Below are positions 27,508 to 37,697 of a stretch of 64,000 nucleotides of DNA, piece after piece. The position numbers and the translations under genes are program-made. The notes under the pieces were generated by a model. It saw only the letters and a list, made by a program, of their open reading frames with translations. It did not search any database and had not been told where the DNA came from. The DNA is from Gemmatimonadaceae bacterium (GTDB lineage: Bacteria; Gemmatimonadota; Gemmatimonadetes; Gemmatimonadales; Gemmatimonadaceae): contig JBDSML010000177.1 of assembly GCA_039915865.1 (NCBI GenBank), positions 3,323 to 67,322 of the forward strand, in the 5' to 3' direction. How positions within the stretch are numbered: the first letter of the stretch is position 1; every line of letters starts with the position of its first letter.

Positions 27508-29511
27508 ATGATCAGACGCTTCACCGCTCTCGCTATTGCCGCAGTCGCGCTGGCTGCCTGTTCCGATAGTCCGACCTCCACCGCTGCATCGCCTGTCCGG
27601 GTAGAACCTGCCATGAAATCATCGGCGCTCGTGAGTGCGCCGATTCCGGGACAGTACATCGTGGTGTTCAAGAACAACGTGTTGAACGCGACGGCGATGG
27701 CATCGAGCCTCGCACTGCGGCACAGGACAGCGATCGCGCACACGTATACGAGCGCGATCAAGGGCGTCGCGCTCGCGCTCAGCGACTCCGCCGCCGCCGC
27801 GATGCGGGCCGATCCGAACGTCGCGTACGTCGAGCAGGATCAGACGGTGACGCTGACGTCAATGCAGACCAACGCACCGTGGAACCTCGATCGCATCGAC
27901 CAGCGGGCGTTGCCGCTGAGCACGACGTACACCCCAAACGCCGACGGCACGGGCGTGACGGTGTACATCATGGACTCCGGGATCAACTACGCGCACGTGG
28001 AGTTTGGCGGACGCGCGGTGCCGGGCGCGGACTTCGTGAGTCCGAGCCTCAATGGCGATGATTGCGTCGGACATGGAACGGGCGTGGCGAGCATCGTCGG
28101 TGGCGCGACGTACGGCGTCGCGAAGAATGTGCGCCTCGTGTCGCTCCGCGTCGTCGACTGCAGCCTCAACATCTCATCATCGCGGGTCATCGCCGCGATC
28201 GACTGGATCGCGGCACATCCGTCGTCGCCTTCGGTCGTGAACATGAGCATGCAGCTCAACAAGTCGACGGCCGTACAGCAAGCGATCCAGAACTCGATCA
28301 ACAGCGGCGTCGTGTACGCGGTGGCGGCGGGCAATACGGCCGATGACGCCTGCAACTGGACGCCGGCGAACATTCCTGCCGTGCTTACCGTGGCCGCATC
28401 CGACGACACGGACGGGTTCGCGAGCTTCTCGAGCTACGGGTCGTGCGTGGACATTGCCGCACCGGGCACCGGCATCAACACGGCATGGATTGGCAGCACC
28501 ACGGCGGCGCACAGTGGGGGCGGGACGTCGTACTCGTCACCGAACGTCGCCGGCATCGCCGCACTGTATCTCCAGGGCAATCGATCGGCGACCCCCGCAC
28601 AGGTCAGCGCCGCGATCATCTCGACTGCGACGACGAACGTCCTCCGCAACGTGCCGGCCAATACACCGAACAAGCTGGCCTACACCGGCTTCACCGCGGT
28701 GACGAACCAGCCGCCAATCGCACGGTTCACCGTGACGTGCCCGACGCTGCAGTGCACCTTCGACGCGAGCACGTCGACCGACGACGTCGGCATCGCCTCC
28801 TACAAGTGGACGTGGGGCAACGGGCGGGGTGAGACACGGGTGAGTCCAGTCGCGAAGAACACCTTCGCGTCGGCCGGCACGTACACGGTCACGCTCACCG
28901 TGACCGACGGCAGCGGTCAGGCGAACAGCGTGTCGCAGGCGGTCAAGGTACCGACGTCGACCAACCAGGCACCAATTGCGTCAATCACGTCGCCGTCGAA
29001 TGGCGCCATCGCCGTGCAGGGTGCGAGCGTCGCCTTTGCGGGAGCGGGAAGCGATCAGGAAGATGGTGCGCTCACGGGCACGTCGCTGACGTGGACGAGC
29101 AGTCGCGATGGCCAGATCGGAACGGGGACGTCGTTCTCGAAGACGAATTTGTCGGTTGGCTCGCACGTGATCACGCTGACCGCTCGCGATGCGCAGGGTC
29201 TCACCGCAACGGCGACTCGCTCGATCACGATCACGGCGGCGGCGCCGACGAATCAGGCGCCGGTCGCGCGCTTCACCTGGACGTGTGGCGCAGCGGGCTC
29301 GCGCAAGTGCAGCGTGAACGGCAGCGCCTCGACCGACGACGTCGTCGTTGCCTCATACACGTGGAACTGGGGCAACGGCAGGAGTGAGACGCACGTCGGG
29401 TCCAGCGCCTCCAACACGTGGACGACCTCGGGAACGTACGACATCACGCTCACCGTGAAGGACGGGAGCGGGCTCACCGGAACGGTGACGAGGACGGTTG
29501 TGGTGCCGTAG
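27508..29511 (+). CDS. secreted subtilisin-like serine protease (peptidase S8, proteinase-K type) with I9 propeptide and C-terminal PKD-like repeats
   Basis: Catalytic triad contexts VYIMDSGI, GHGTGVASIVGG, GGTSYSSPNVAG. Three or four PKD-like repeats (ARFTVTCPTLQCTFDASTSTDDVGIASYKWTWGNG...; ARFTWTCGAAGSRKCSVNGSASTDD...YTWNWGNG). Confidence 0.9.
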   Translation: MIRRFTALAIAAVALAACSDSPTSTAASPVRVEPAMKSSALVSAPIPGQYIVVFKNNVLNATAMASSLALRHRTAIAHTYTSAIKGVALALSDSAAAAMRADPNVAYVEQDQTVTLTSMQTNAPWNLDRIDQRALPLSTTYTPNADGTGVTVYIMDSGINYAHVEFGGRAVPGADFVSPSLNGDDCVGHGTGVASIVGGATYGVAKNVRLVSLRVVDCSLNISSSRVIAAIDWIAAHPSSPSVVNMSMQLNKSTAVQQAIQNSINSGVVYAVAAGNTADDACNWTPANIPAVLTVAASDDTDGFASFSSYGSCVDIAAPGTGINTAWIGSTTAAHSGGGTSYSSPNVAGIAALYLQGNRSATPAQVSAAIISTATTNVLRNVPANTPNKLAYTGFTAVTNQPPIARFTVTCPTLQCTFDASTSTDDVGIASYKWTWGNGRGETRVSPVAKNTFASAGTYTVTLTVTDGSGQANSVSQAVKVPTSTNQAPIASITSPSNGAIAVQGASVAFAGAGSDQEDGALTGTSLTWTSSRDGQIGTGTSFSKTNLSVGSHVITLTARDAQGLTATATRSITITAAAPTNQAPVARFTWTCGAAGSRKCSVNGSASTDDVVVASYTWNWGNGRSETHVGSSASNTWTTSGTYDITLTVKDGSGLTGTVTRTVVVP

Positions 29512-29590
29512 TCACCGCGCTCATTCGGTACACACGCTCATGCGCACTGCACGTCGTTCGCCCGGACTGTAGATTGGCGCCGACACGGAG

Positions 29591-30252
29591 GTGAGCATGA
29601 GCGTGGCGTTTCCAGGAGAGTCCGCCGAGTACCGGGCTGCACGTGATCGGCTGTTGCAACAGGAGATCGAGCTGCGTCGTGCAATCGAAGCGGTCGCAAT
29701 CGCTCGGCGCAGTCTTCCTCCGGGTCCTCGCGTCACGCAGGACTACGTCTTCCAGGCACTCGGCACCGACGGCGCAGCGGTGGACGTCAAGCTCTCCGAG
29801 TTGTTCGCGACCGGGAAGCAGTCGCTCGTGATCTACAACTTCATGTTCCCGCGCTCGTCCGATGACGATCGCCCAGGGCCGAGTGGCGGACGATCGGCGC
29901 GGTTGCCGCTGTTCGAGGGTCCGTGATCGTGGCGAGGGCACCGATCGAGCGCATCATGGCCTTCGCGCACGAGCGCGGTTGGCGGAAGCTGCGGCTGTTG
30001 TCGTCGGCTGGCAACAGCTGCAAGCGCGACTACATGGCGGAGTCCGCGACGGGCTCGCAGATGCCGATGCTGAATGTGTTTCACAGGGATGGCGATGCGA
30101 TCCGCCACTTCTGGAGCTCGGAGATGCTCTATGCACCGACGGATCCGGGACAGGATCCGCGACATGTCGACACGCTCGAGTCGCTCTGGAACATCTTCGA
30201 CCTCACGCCGGACGGGCGGGGAACGACCTGGCACGAGCAGATCAGCTACTAG
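29591..30252 (+). pseudogene. DUF899 (thioredoxin-like) family gene split by an internal out-of-frame deletion
   Basis: ORF 29591..29926 (…LVIYNFMFPRSSDDDRPGPSGGRSARLPLFEGP*) and ORF 29923..30252 (IVARAPIERIMAFAHERGWRKLRLLSSAGN...) are the N- and C-terminal halves of one family member in different frames. As I recall the family, the about 25 residues normally between them carry the CPSC motif, and they are missing. Confidence 0.65.
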
Positions 30253-30319
30253 CGTGCGCGAGTGATTGCGCGTCAAAATTGCAGTGCAGCGACGCACATC
30301 TCCACTCACAAGGACTTTC

Positions 30320-30820
30320 ATGTTCTCCGGCGCACATCTGCACCTGCTCGTGAACCACGTGCCGATCATTGGCGCGTTCTTCGCACTCGCCCTGCTCGCC
30401 GCCTCGTATCTCTTCGCGCCAGACGTGCTGCGGAAGACAGCGTTCGTCGCCCTGATCGTCGTCGCGTTTGCCGGTCTCGCGTCCGACCTTACCGGCGAAC
30501 CGGCCGAGAAGGTGATCGACGGTTTTCCGGGCGTGTCGCGAGACGTGATCCATGCGCACGAGGACATGGCGGAGAGGGCCTACCTCATCGGCGGCGTCGT
30601 CGGTGTGCTCGCGCTGGGCGGTCTCCTGCGATGGAGACGCACGCCAGTGCCGGCCGGTGCCGCGCTGGTGATGCTCCTCGGCACTGCATTCCTCAGCGGA
30701 GCGATGGCATACACGGGGCTGCTCGGTGGACGAGTGCGACATACCGAGGTGCGTCCTGGATCCGTTCCGGCCGACGCGATGACGATCGAGCCTCCGCGAG
30801 TGCGCCGACCTGACGGCTGA
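30320..30820 (+). CDS. integral membrane protein (4 TM; DUF2231-like?)
   Basis: ORF 30266..30820, trimmed to MFSGAHLHLLVNHVPIIGAFFALALL. Four hydrophobic helices and high GC3. Confidence 0.6.
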   Translation: MFSGAHLHLLVNHVPIIGAFFALALLAASYLFAPDVLRKTAFVALIVVAFAGLASDLTGEPAEKVIDGFPGVSRDVIHAHEDMAERAYLIGGVVGVLALGGLLRWRRTPVPAGAALVMLLGTAFLSGAMAYTGLLGGRVRHTEVRPGSVPADAMTIEPPRVRRPDG

Positions 30821-30853
30821 TATCCAGGAGCATCACGCCTGGCGAGACGCGCA

Positions 30854-33337
30854 TCAGGCGGAGTGCCATCGCCAGTCGCGAATATCCGGCATGTCGTCGC
30901 CATGCGCTTCCACATAACGCCGATGCTCGGCAAGCCTGGCGTGGCAGTAATCGGCCGCGGCATCCGCTGCCGCGCTGCCCCGTAATCGCGGCACACGAGC
31001 GATCACGTCGAGCGCGAGGTGAAAGCGGTCGACGTCGTTGAGCACCGTCATGTCGAAGGGCGTCGTCGTCGTGCCCTCCTCCTTGAAGCCGCGCACGTGC
31101 AGGTTGCCGTGATTCGTCCGGCGATACGTGAGCCGATGGATCAACCACGGATATCCGTGGAAGGCGAAGACGATCGGCTTGTCGCGCGTGAACAGCGCAT
31201 CGAAGGATTCATCGTCCAGACCATGCGGGTGCTCGTGCTGGGGCTGCAGCGTCATCAGGTCCACGACGTTGATCACTCGCATCCGCAGGTCGGGCAGGTG
31301 CGTGCGCAGCAGGTCGACGGCGGCGATGGTCTCCAACGTCGGGACGTCGCCCGCACAGGCGAGCACGACGTCGGGATCGCCGAGATCGTTGCTCGCCCAT
31401 TCCCAGACGCCGAGTCCGCGTGCGCAGTGCGCGATGGCGGCGTCCATGGCGAGCCACTGGGGCGCGGGCTGCTTGCCGGCAACGATCACGTTCACGTAGT
31501 GCCGGCTGCGAAGACAGTGATCGGCGACGGACAGCAGAGTGTTCGCGTCGGCAGGGAGATAGACGCGAACGACATCCGCCTTCTTGTTCACGACGTGGTC
31601 GATGAAGCCGGGATCCTGATGGCTGGCGCCGTTGTGGTCCTGCCGCCAGACGTGCGACGTCAGCAGGTAGTTGAGCGAGGCAATGGGTTTCCGCCACGGA
31701 ATGTGGCGAGTCGTCTTCAACCACTTGGCGTGCTGGTTGAACATCGAGTCGACGATGTGGATGAACGCCTCGTAGCACGAGAACAGGCCGTGGCGTCCGG
31801 TGAGGAGGTAGCCCTCGAGCCATCCCTGGCAGAGATGCTCGCTGAGCACCTCCATCACGCGGCCGTCGTGCGTCACGTGTTCGTCGGTCGGCAGCAGCTG
31901 TGCTTCGAGTATGCGGTCGGTCACCTCGAACACGGCATCGAGTCGATTGGACGACGTCTCGTCAGGACCCATGAGGCGGAAGTTGTGCGCGTCGTCGTTG
32001 AGTCGCATGACGTCGCGCAGCATGGTGCCGAGCACACGCGTCGCCTCGCCATCCACCGCGCCGGGCGACGGGACGGACACGGCGTAGTCGCGGAAGTCCG
32101 GCATCACGAGGTCGCGTAGCAGCAACCCGCCATTGGTGTGCGGGTTGGCGCCCATGCGCTTCGCGCCGGTTGGTGCGAGCGCCTGAAGCTCGGCGACGAG
32201 TGCGCCCGAGTCGTCGAACAGCTCTTCCGGGCGATAACTGTGAAGCCATTCCTCGAGCAGGCGGAGATGTTCCGGGTTCGCGGCAAGCCCTGAGAGTGGC
32301 ACCTGGTGCGAACGCCACGTGCCTTCCATCTGCTTGCCATCGACGACCTTCGGTCCGGTCCATCCCTTGGGCGATCGCAGCACGATCATCGGCCACCTGG
32401 GGCGGTCCGTCAAACCCCTCTCGCGCGCATCTGCCTGCATTCGGGCAATGTCGGTGAGCACGACGTCCATCGTCGCGGCCATCTGCTGGTGCATGTCGTC
32501 CGGTTCGTGCCCTGACACGAAGTACGGCTCGTGGCCGAAGCCGCGAAGCAGGGCGGTCAGCTCGTCATCGCCGATCCGGGCGAGCACCGTCGCGCTGGCG
32601 ATCTTGTAGCCGTTCAGGTGGAGGATGGGGAGGACCGCACCATCGCGCGCCGCGTTGAGGAACTTGTTGCTGTGCCAGCTCGCGGCCAGTGCACCTGTCT
32701 CTGCTTCGCCATCGCCGATGACACAACACGCGATCAGGTCGGGGTTGTCGAACGCGGCGCCATAGGCGTGCAGCAGCGAGTACCCGAGCTCTCCGCCCTC
32801 GTGAATGGAGCCAGGCGTCTCGGGCGCGGCGTGGCTGGGAATGCCGCCGGGAAAGGAGAACTGTGTGAACAGTCGCGTGAGGCCGGCAACGTCGCGGCCC
32901 ACGTTCGGATAGACCTCGCTGTACGTGCCCTCGAGATAGGTGTTCGCGACGACACCGGGTCCACCATGTCCTGGGCCCGCGATGAAGAGAGCGTTCAGGT
33001 CGCGCGCGCGGATCGCGCGGTTCATGTGCGCGTAGACGAAGTTCAGCCCAGGCGTCGTGCCCCAGTGGCCCAGCAGGCGCGGCTTCACGTGCGCGAGCGT
33101 GAGTGGCTCGCGCATCAGGGGATTGGCGCGCAGGTAGATCTGGCCCACGCTGAGGTAGTTCGCTGCTCGCCAGTAGGCGTCGATGAGGCGCAGCTCGTCG
33201 TCGGACAGCGGGCGGCGTGCGGTGGATGGCGTCGTGTTCGTCACGGGCGTTCCCGGGTGAAGCGTGGATTCACTGTCTTGTTGCAACGACGGTTCAGTGC
33301 GGTGGTGCATGCATCGGAGACGGTGCAGAAGCGACAC
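30854..33337 (-). CDS. xfp: xylulose-5-phosphate/fructose-6-phosphate phosphoketolase
   Basis: [38 protein letters not shown], about 800 aa. An alternative start exists at 33310. Confidence 0.95.
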   Translation of the reverse strand: MSLLHRLRCMHHRTEPSLQQDSESTLHPGTPVTNTTPSTARRPLSDDELRLIDAYWRAANYLSVGQIYLRANPLMREPLTLAHVKPRLLGHWGTTPGLNFVYAHMNRAIRARDLNALFIAGPGHGGPGVVANTYLEGTYSEVYPNVGRDVAGLTRLFTQFSFPGGIPSHAAPETPGSIHEGGELGYSLLHAYGAAFDNPDLIACCVIGDGEAETGALAASWHSNKFLNAARDGAVLPILHLNGYKIASATVLARIGDDELTALLRGFGHEPYFVSGHEPDDMHQQMAATMDVVLTDIARMQADARERGLTDRPRWPMIVLRSPKGWTGPKVVDGKQMEGTWRSHQVPLSGLAANPEHLRLLEEWLHSYRPEELFDDSGALVAELQALAPTGAKRMGANPHTNGGLLLRDLVMPDFRDYAVSVPSPGAVDGEATRVLGTMLRDVMRLNDDAHNFRLMGPDETSSNRLDAVFEVTDRILEAQLLPTDEHVTHDGRVMEVLSEHLCQGWLEGYLLTGRHGLFSCYEAFIHIVDSMFNQHAKWLKTTRHIPWRKPIASLNYLLTSHVWRQDHNGASHQDPGFIDHVVNKKADVVRVYLPADANTLLSVADHCLRSRHYVNVIVAGKQPAPQWLAMDAAIAHCARGLGVWEWASNDLGDPDVVLACAGDVPTLETIAAVDLLRTHLPDLRMRVINVVDLMTLQPQHEHPHGLDDESFDALFTRDKPIVFAFHGYPWLIHRLTYRRTNHGNLHVRGFKEEGTTTTPFDMTVLNDVDRFHLALDVIARVPRLRGSAAADAAADYCHARLAEHRRYVEAHGDDMPDIRDWRWHSA

Positions 33338-33451
33338 AAACCGACTGAAGGGAGTGAACTCAGAAAACCAGCAACGCAGTGTCCGTGCAGTTCTCCGCTC
33401 ACTCCGTCAAATCCCAGAGGGTCAGTTGCGGTTTCGCAGTGTGAGCGATGG

Positions 33452-36169
33452 TCATGCGCGTGAGCGGGAACGCACCACCTTTGCTATTTCGAGCACCGTG
33501 AGCGGGAGCGCTCCCAACGCGAGCAGGGCGAGACCGTCGACGAACGACACACGTTCCGTCTTGAGGAACCCGCCGAGGATCTCGCTGTGCTGGCTCCAGA
33601 GCTGCAGGCCGATCGACGCGACGACCACGACGACGAGATTGACGTTGGTGAAGAGCGAAATGCGCCAGACCGGCTTCGTCTCGCTGCGTGCCCCGAACGA
33701 CCGCAGCAGTTCGGCGAACACGAGTACGGCGAAGGCGTAGCTGCGGGCGACGTCGGTGCTGGCACCGCGGAGCATGAACAGGTATACCGCGAACGCAACG
33801 CCGGCGGTGAGCACGCCGGTGAACACCATCGTCCGCAGGAACGCTCGATCGGTGATCCGCTCCGTCCGCGCGCGCGGACGGCGCGTCATCAGGTCGTGGT
33901 CGATGGGGTCGGTCGCGAGGCAGAGCGCCGGCAGGCCATCCGTGACGAGGTTGATCCAGAGCAGGTGAATCGGCAGGAGCGGCGCAGGCAGGCCAATCGC
34001 GACGCAGACGGTCATGAGCAGCAACTCACTCGTATTGCCGGCGAGGAGGTACTGGAGCGTCTTCCGGATGTTGTCGTAGATGCCGCGGCCTTCCTCGACG
34101 GCGGCGACGATCGTGGCGAAGTGATCGTCCGTGATGATCATGTCGGCCGCCTGCTTGGTCACCTCGGTGCCCGCGATGCCCATCGCGATCCCGATGTCGG
34201 CGCCCTTGATCGCCGGCGCGTCGTTCACGCCGTCGCCAGTCATGGCCACGATGTCGCCGTTCGCCTGCAGCGCCCGGATGATGCGGAGCTTGTGTGCGGC
34301 AGTCACGCGCGCGTACACGCCCACGCCGGGCACGCGTACGCGAAGGACGTCGTCCGTCATCGCGTCGAGATTCGCGCCCGTGACGGCGACGTCGTCGGAC
34401 GCGATGCCGAGCTCGCGAGCGATGGCCGCTGCCGTCTGTGCGTGATCGCCCGTGATCATCACCACCCGGATACCAGCCGTCCGACAGGTATCGATGGCAC
34501 TCCTCGCCGCGGGCCTCGGTGGATCGTACATGCCGGTGAGCCCGACGAAGACGAGGTCGCGCTCGATCGCGTCCGCGGAGAAGTCCTCAACGCCCGCATC
34601 GAGGTCGCGCAACGCGGAGGCCAGCACGCGCAGCGCACTCGTCGCCATCGCGGAGGTCTGTGCAAGAATCTCCCGACGATCCTGCTCGGTCATCGGCGCG
34701 ATGCCACTCGCGCCGTACACGTGCGTGCAGCGCTCCAGCAACGGTCCAGGCGCACCATTGACCAGTGCGCGTAACCTTCCATCGGACATCTGGCGGATCA
34801 TTGCACTCCGCTTGCGATCGGAGTCGAACGGGATGGAGTTCTTCAGGGGCATCTCTCGGTCGATACGCTGCCTGTCGGCGCCGGCCTTTGCGCCGGCCAC
34901 GAGTAGTGCGCCCTCTGTTGGATCGCCGACGACCGACCAGACTCCGTCCTTCTGCGTCAGGTGCGCGTTGTTGCATCCGACGATGATCGTCGCGAGCTCG
35001 AGCAGCGGTGCGATGTGCGCCGGTTCAACCGGCTTGTCGCCGGCTCGGACCTCACCATCCGGACTGTAGCCCTCACCGGTGACGTCATAGTGCTGGCCGG
35101 CGACGTACAACACGCGCGCGGTCATCTGCCCAACGGTGAGCGTGCCGGTCTTGTCCGTGCAGATGACGGACGTCGAGCCGAGCGTTTCGACGGCGGCGAG
35201 CTTTCGAATCAGCGCGCGGCGACGTGCCATGCGCAGCACGCCGAGCGACAGCGCTACCGTGACGACCGCCGGCAGTCCCTCTGGTACTGCGGCCACCGCC
35301 AGGCTGATCGACGTCAACAGCATTTCGAGCGGCGGCGTTCCACGCAGCAGCCCGAGCCCGAACAGCAGTGCGACGATTGCCAACGCGACCCACACGAGAA
35401 TGCGTCCGAACGAATCGAGCTTGTGCTGGAGGGGCGTATCGTCGTCCGACTGCGCGGAGTCGAGCAGGCCAGCGATGTGTCCGAGCTCCGTGTTCATGCC
35501 CGTGGCGACGACGACCGCCTGCCCAGTGCCGGTCGCCACGCTCGTTCCCATGAAGATCATGTTCTGGCGATCACCGAGCGGAACCTCGGGCGCGAGCAGG
35601 ATGTCCGAGTGCTTCGACACCGTTTCGGATTCACCTGTGAGCGCCGATTCGGTCACCGTGAGAGAATCGGCGTGTAGCAGACGCGCGTCGGCAGCGACGA
35701 GGTCTCCGGCCTCGAGCTCGAGCATGTCGCCGACGACGACGTCGCTCGCGGCAATCGAGACGACCTCTTGGTCGCGTCGCACGCGGGCGTGGGGCGCGGT
35801 CATCTCCTTCAGCGCGGCGATGGAACGCTCGGCGCTGTACTCCTGATAGAACCCGATCGCCGCATTCAACACCACGATCGCAAGGATGGCGATGGCGTCA
35901 ATCGCGTCGCCAAGGACACCCGAGATCACGCCGGCGACGATGAGCACCCAGATGATGACGCTCTTCAACTGGGCGAGCAGGATTCGCCAGGGGCTGATCT
36001 GCGTGCCTTCCGTCAGCGCGTTGGGTCCGTCCGCGGCGAGGCGGCGGGCCGCCTCCGGCGCGGAGAGTCCGTCACCGGATGCGTGCACGCGGGCGAGCAC
36101 GTCCTCGCCGGAGGAGTTGTACCAGGGCGGGGATGGCGCGTCCGCGGCCGTGGATGCCGGGACCACCAT
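33452..36169 (-). CDS. cation-transporting P-type ATPase (type IIA Ca2+/Mg2+-like)
   Basis: ORF 33452..36328, trimmed to MVVPASTAAD. Motifs: ICTDKTGTLT phosphorylation site, TGES, MITGDH, MTGDGVNDAPALK-type (MTGDGVNDAPAIKGADIGIAMG), and the N-terminal cation-ATPase motif LSAPEAARRLAADGPNAL. Confidence 0.9.
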   Translation of the reverse strand: MVVPASTAADAPSPPWYNSSGEDVLARVHASGDGLSAPEAARRLAADGPNALTEGTQISPWRILLAQLKSVIIWVLIVAGVISGVLGDAIDAIAILAIVVLNAAIGFYQEYSAERSIAALKEMTAPHARVRRDQEVVSIAASDVVVGDMLELEAGDLVAADARLLHADSLTVTESALTGESETVSKHSDILLAPEVPLGDRQNMIFMGTSVATGTGQAVVVATGMNTELGHIAGLLDSAQSDDDTPLQHKLDSFGRILVWVALAIVALLFGLGLLRGTPPLEMLLTSISLAVAAVPEGLPAVVTVALSLGVLRMARRRALIRKLAAVETLGSTSVICTDKTGTLTVGQMTARVLYVAGQHYDVTGEGYSPDGEVRAGDKPVEPAHIAPLLELATIIVGCNNAHLTQKDGVWSVVGDPTEGALLVAGAKAGADRQRIDREMPLKNSIPFDSDRKRSAMIRQMSDGRLRALVNGAPGPLLERCTHVYGASGIAPMTEQDRREILAQTSAMATSALRVLASALRDLDAGVEDFSADAIERDLVFVGLTGMYDPPRPAARSAIDTCRTAGIRVVMITGDHAQTAAAIARELGIASDDVAVTGANLDAMTDDVLRVRVPGVGVYARVTAAHKLRIIRALQANGDIVAMTGDGVNDAPAIKGADIGIAMGIAGTEVTKQAADMIITDDHFATIVAAVEEGRGIYDNIRKTLQYLLAGNTSELLLMTVCVAIGLPAPLLPIHLLWINLVTDGLPALCLATDPIDHDLMTRRPRARTERITDRAFLRTMVFTGVLTAGVAFAVYLFMLRGASTDVARSYAFAVLVFAELLRSFGARSETKPVWRISLFTNVNLVVVVVASIGLQLWSQHSEILGGFLKTERVSFVDGLALLALGALPLTVLEIAKVVRSRSRA

Positions 36170-36189
36170 AGTGTCGCTCACGTGGAGAC

Positions 36190-37113
36190 TCAGCCCTTCG
36201 CTGTATGTGGGGGCGGGACGACCATGACGGAGAAGCGACCATCCCGCACGATCTCCGCACTCACACTTCCCAACAGCCAGCGCTCGATGCGGCCATGCCG
36301 CGCACTTCCCGCGGCAATGAGATCGCACTTCGCGTCCTCGGCGGCCTCGAGCAACAGCACCGCGGGCGAGCCCGGTCGCTGGTGATGCAAGACAACTGTA
36401 TCGAATGTCACGGCGGCGCCTGCCAGCTCCTTCGCTGTCTTTGCGAGTGCGGCGTCGACGCCAAGGTCGTGAATCAATTGCTCGCCGTCATCAGGACCTG
36501 ATTGTGTCGCCGGTGCGGTGTACGCGAGCACCATGTGGGCCGGCTCGCCCACGATTGCGCGCGCCGCGCGAGCGGCGGCGAGACTCGTCGAGCTGAAGTC
36601 CAACGCGGCGAGAATGCGGTTGGGCAGGCCCGTGGCGCCGGCGACCACACCGAGCACGGGGCAGGGCGCACGCTGCATCACGTTGCGCGCCGTCTCGTCG
36701 TTCACGACGCGATCGATGGGTCCGTGACGACGCAGTCCCATGACGATGAGCGCAGCGTCCAGGCTCTGCGCTGCCCGCACGATGGCGCCGGCGGGAGTTC
36801 CCATCACGATGCGAACGGGCCAGTCGATGGGCTCACCGATCTCAGCCGAGAGCTTGGCGCGGAGTGCCCGCTCCTGTGTCTCGTGCACGGCCGCGCCGGC
36901 AATGGCGTCGCCCAGAGCGATCGCGAGACCGAGCGGGGCCGGCATGGAGGCAGCACTGGAATCGATGACAGTGACGACATGAACCAGCGCGCCATGCGTC
37001 CTTTCCAGCGCGAGTGCGATGCGAACGCTCGCCATCGCTGCCGGCGAGCCGTCTGTAGCAACGAGGACCGGTTGGCCCGCGAGCGCGAAAGATGTCGAGT
37101 CGAATGGCGACAT
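36190..37113 (-). CDS. tandem-domain universal stress protein
   Basis: PVLVATDGSPAAMASVRIA, LIVMGLRRHG, LIAAGSARHGRIERWLLGSVSAEIV. It ends 20 nt upstream of the ATPase start, so it is probably co-transcribed. Confidence 0.85.
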   Translation of the reverse strand: MSPFDSTSFALAGQPVLVATDGSPAAMASVRIALALERTHGALVHVVTVIDSSAASMPAPLGLAIALGDAIAGAAVHETQERALRAKLSAEIGEPIDWPVRIVMGTPAGAIVRAAQSLDAALIVMGLRRHGPIDRVVNDETARNVMQRAPCPVLGVVAGATGLPNRILAALDFSSTSLAAARAARAIVGEPAHMVLAYTAPATQSGPDDGEQLIHDLGVDAALAKTAKELAGAAVTFDTVVLHHQRPGSPAVLLLEAAEDAKCDLIAAGSARHGRIERWLLGSVSAEIVRDGRFSVMVVPPPHTAKG

Positions 37114-37204
37114 GAGACCCTGTGGCGAGAGCGTCGAGCGGGGAGGCCGGACGCGAGAACCCTGACGCCATCAGGATTTGCAAGAACAGCCCCTCGACTG
37201 TTCG

Positions 37205-37474
37205 CTATTGCTCTACAATCGAGCCATCGGGGTGAAAGATCTCCAACGCGGTGTGCGCGCCGAACAGTCCCCACGCCGCCTTCGTCCACTCGGCGACACT
37301 CATCTTCCGCGTCGGATCCTGCACGTAGACCGTCGCCTCGGCGCGATCCTCGCCTTCATTCACCGCGATGCGATACTTCGCGTAGCCGCCGTCCTCGAGC
37401 TCGCGCTTGTCCGCATGCTGTACATCGCGCTTGCCAGCGGGTGCGTTCTTCGGAATGACCCAGCAATTGTTCAA
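37205..37474 (-). CDS. small hypothetical protein (89 aa)
   Basis: High GC3 throughout the frame. No family recognised. Confidence 0.5.
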   Translation of the reverse strand: MNNCWVIPKNAPAGKRDVQHADKRELEDGGYAKYRIAVNEGEDRAEATVYVQDPTRKMSVAEWTKAAWGLFGAHTALEIFHPDGSIVEQ

Positions 37475-37697
37475 GAGAGGTCCGTCAGGGGAAGGTACAG
37501 AGGGAGTCGCCAGTAAACAGACGATTCAAAATGCGCGCCGTCAGGGCACCGGGTGGATTATACATACCGGCTGCGGAAGTAGGTTCTCCAACGACTCTCC
37601 ATTGCCCTGGCCAACGCGCTGGACGAAGAGGTAAAGCTGGCGGTCTCGACGCCACGCAACTGGATCATGCGTCGGTTCCCACTGGCGGCGAGGCGGG

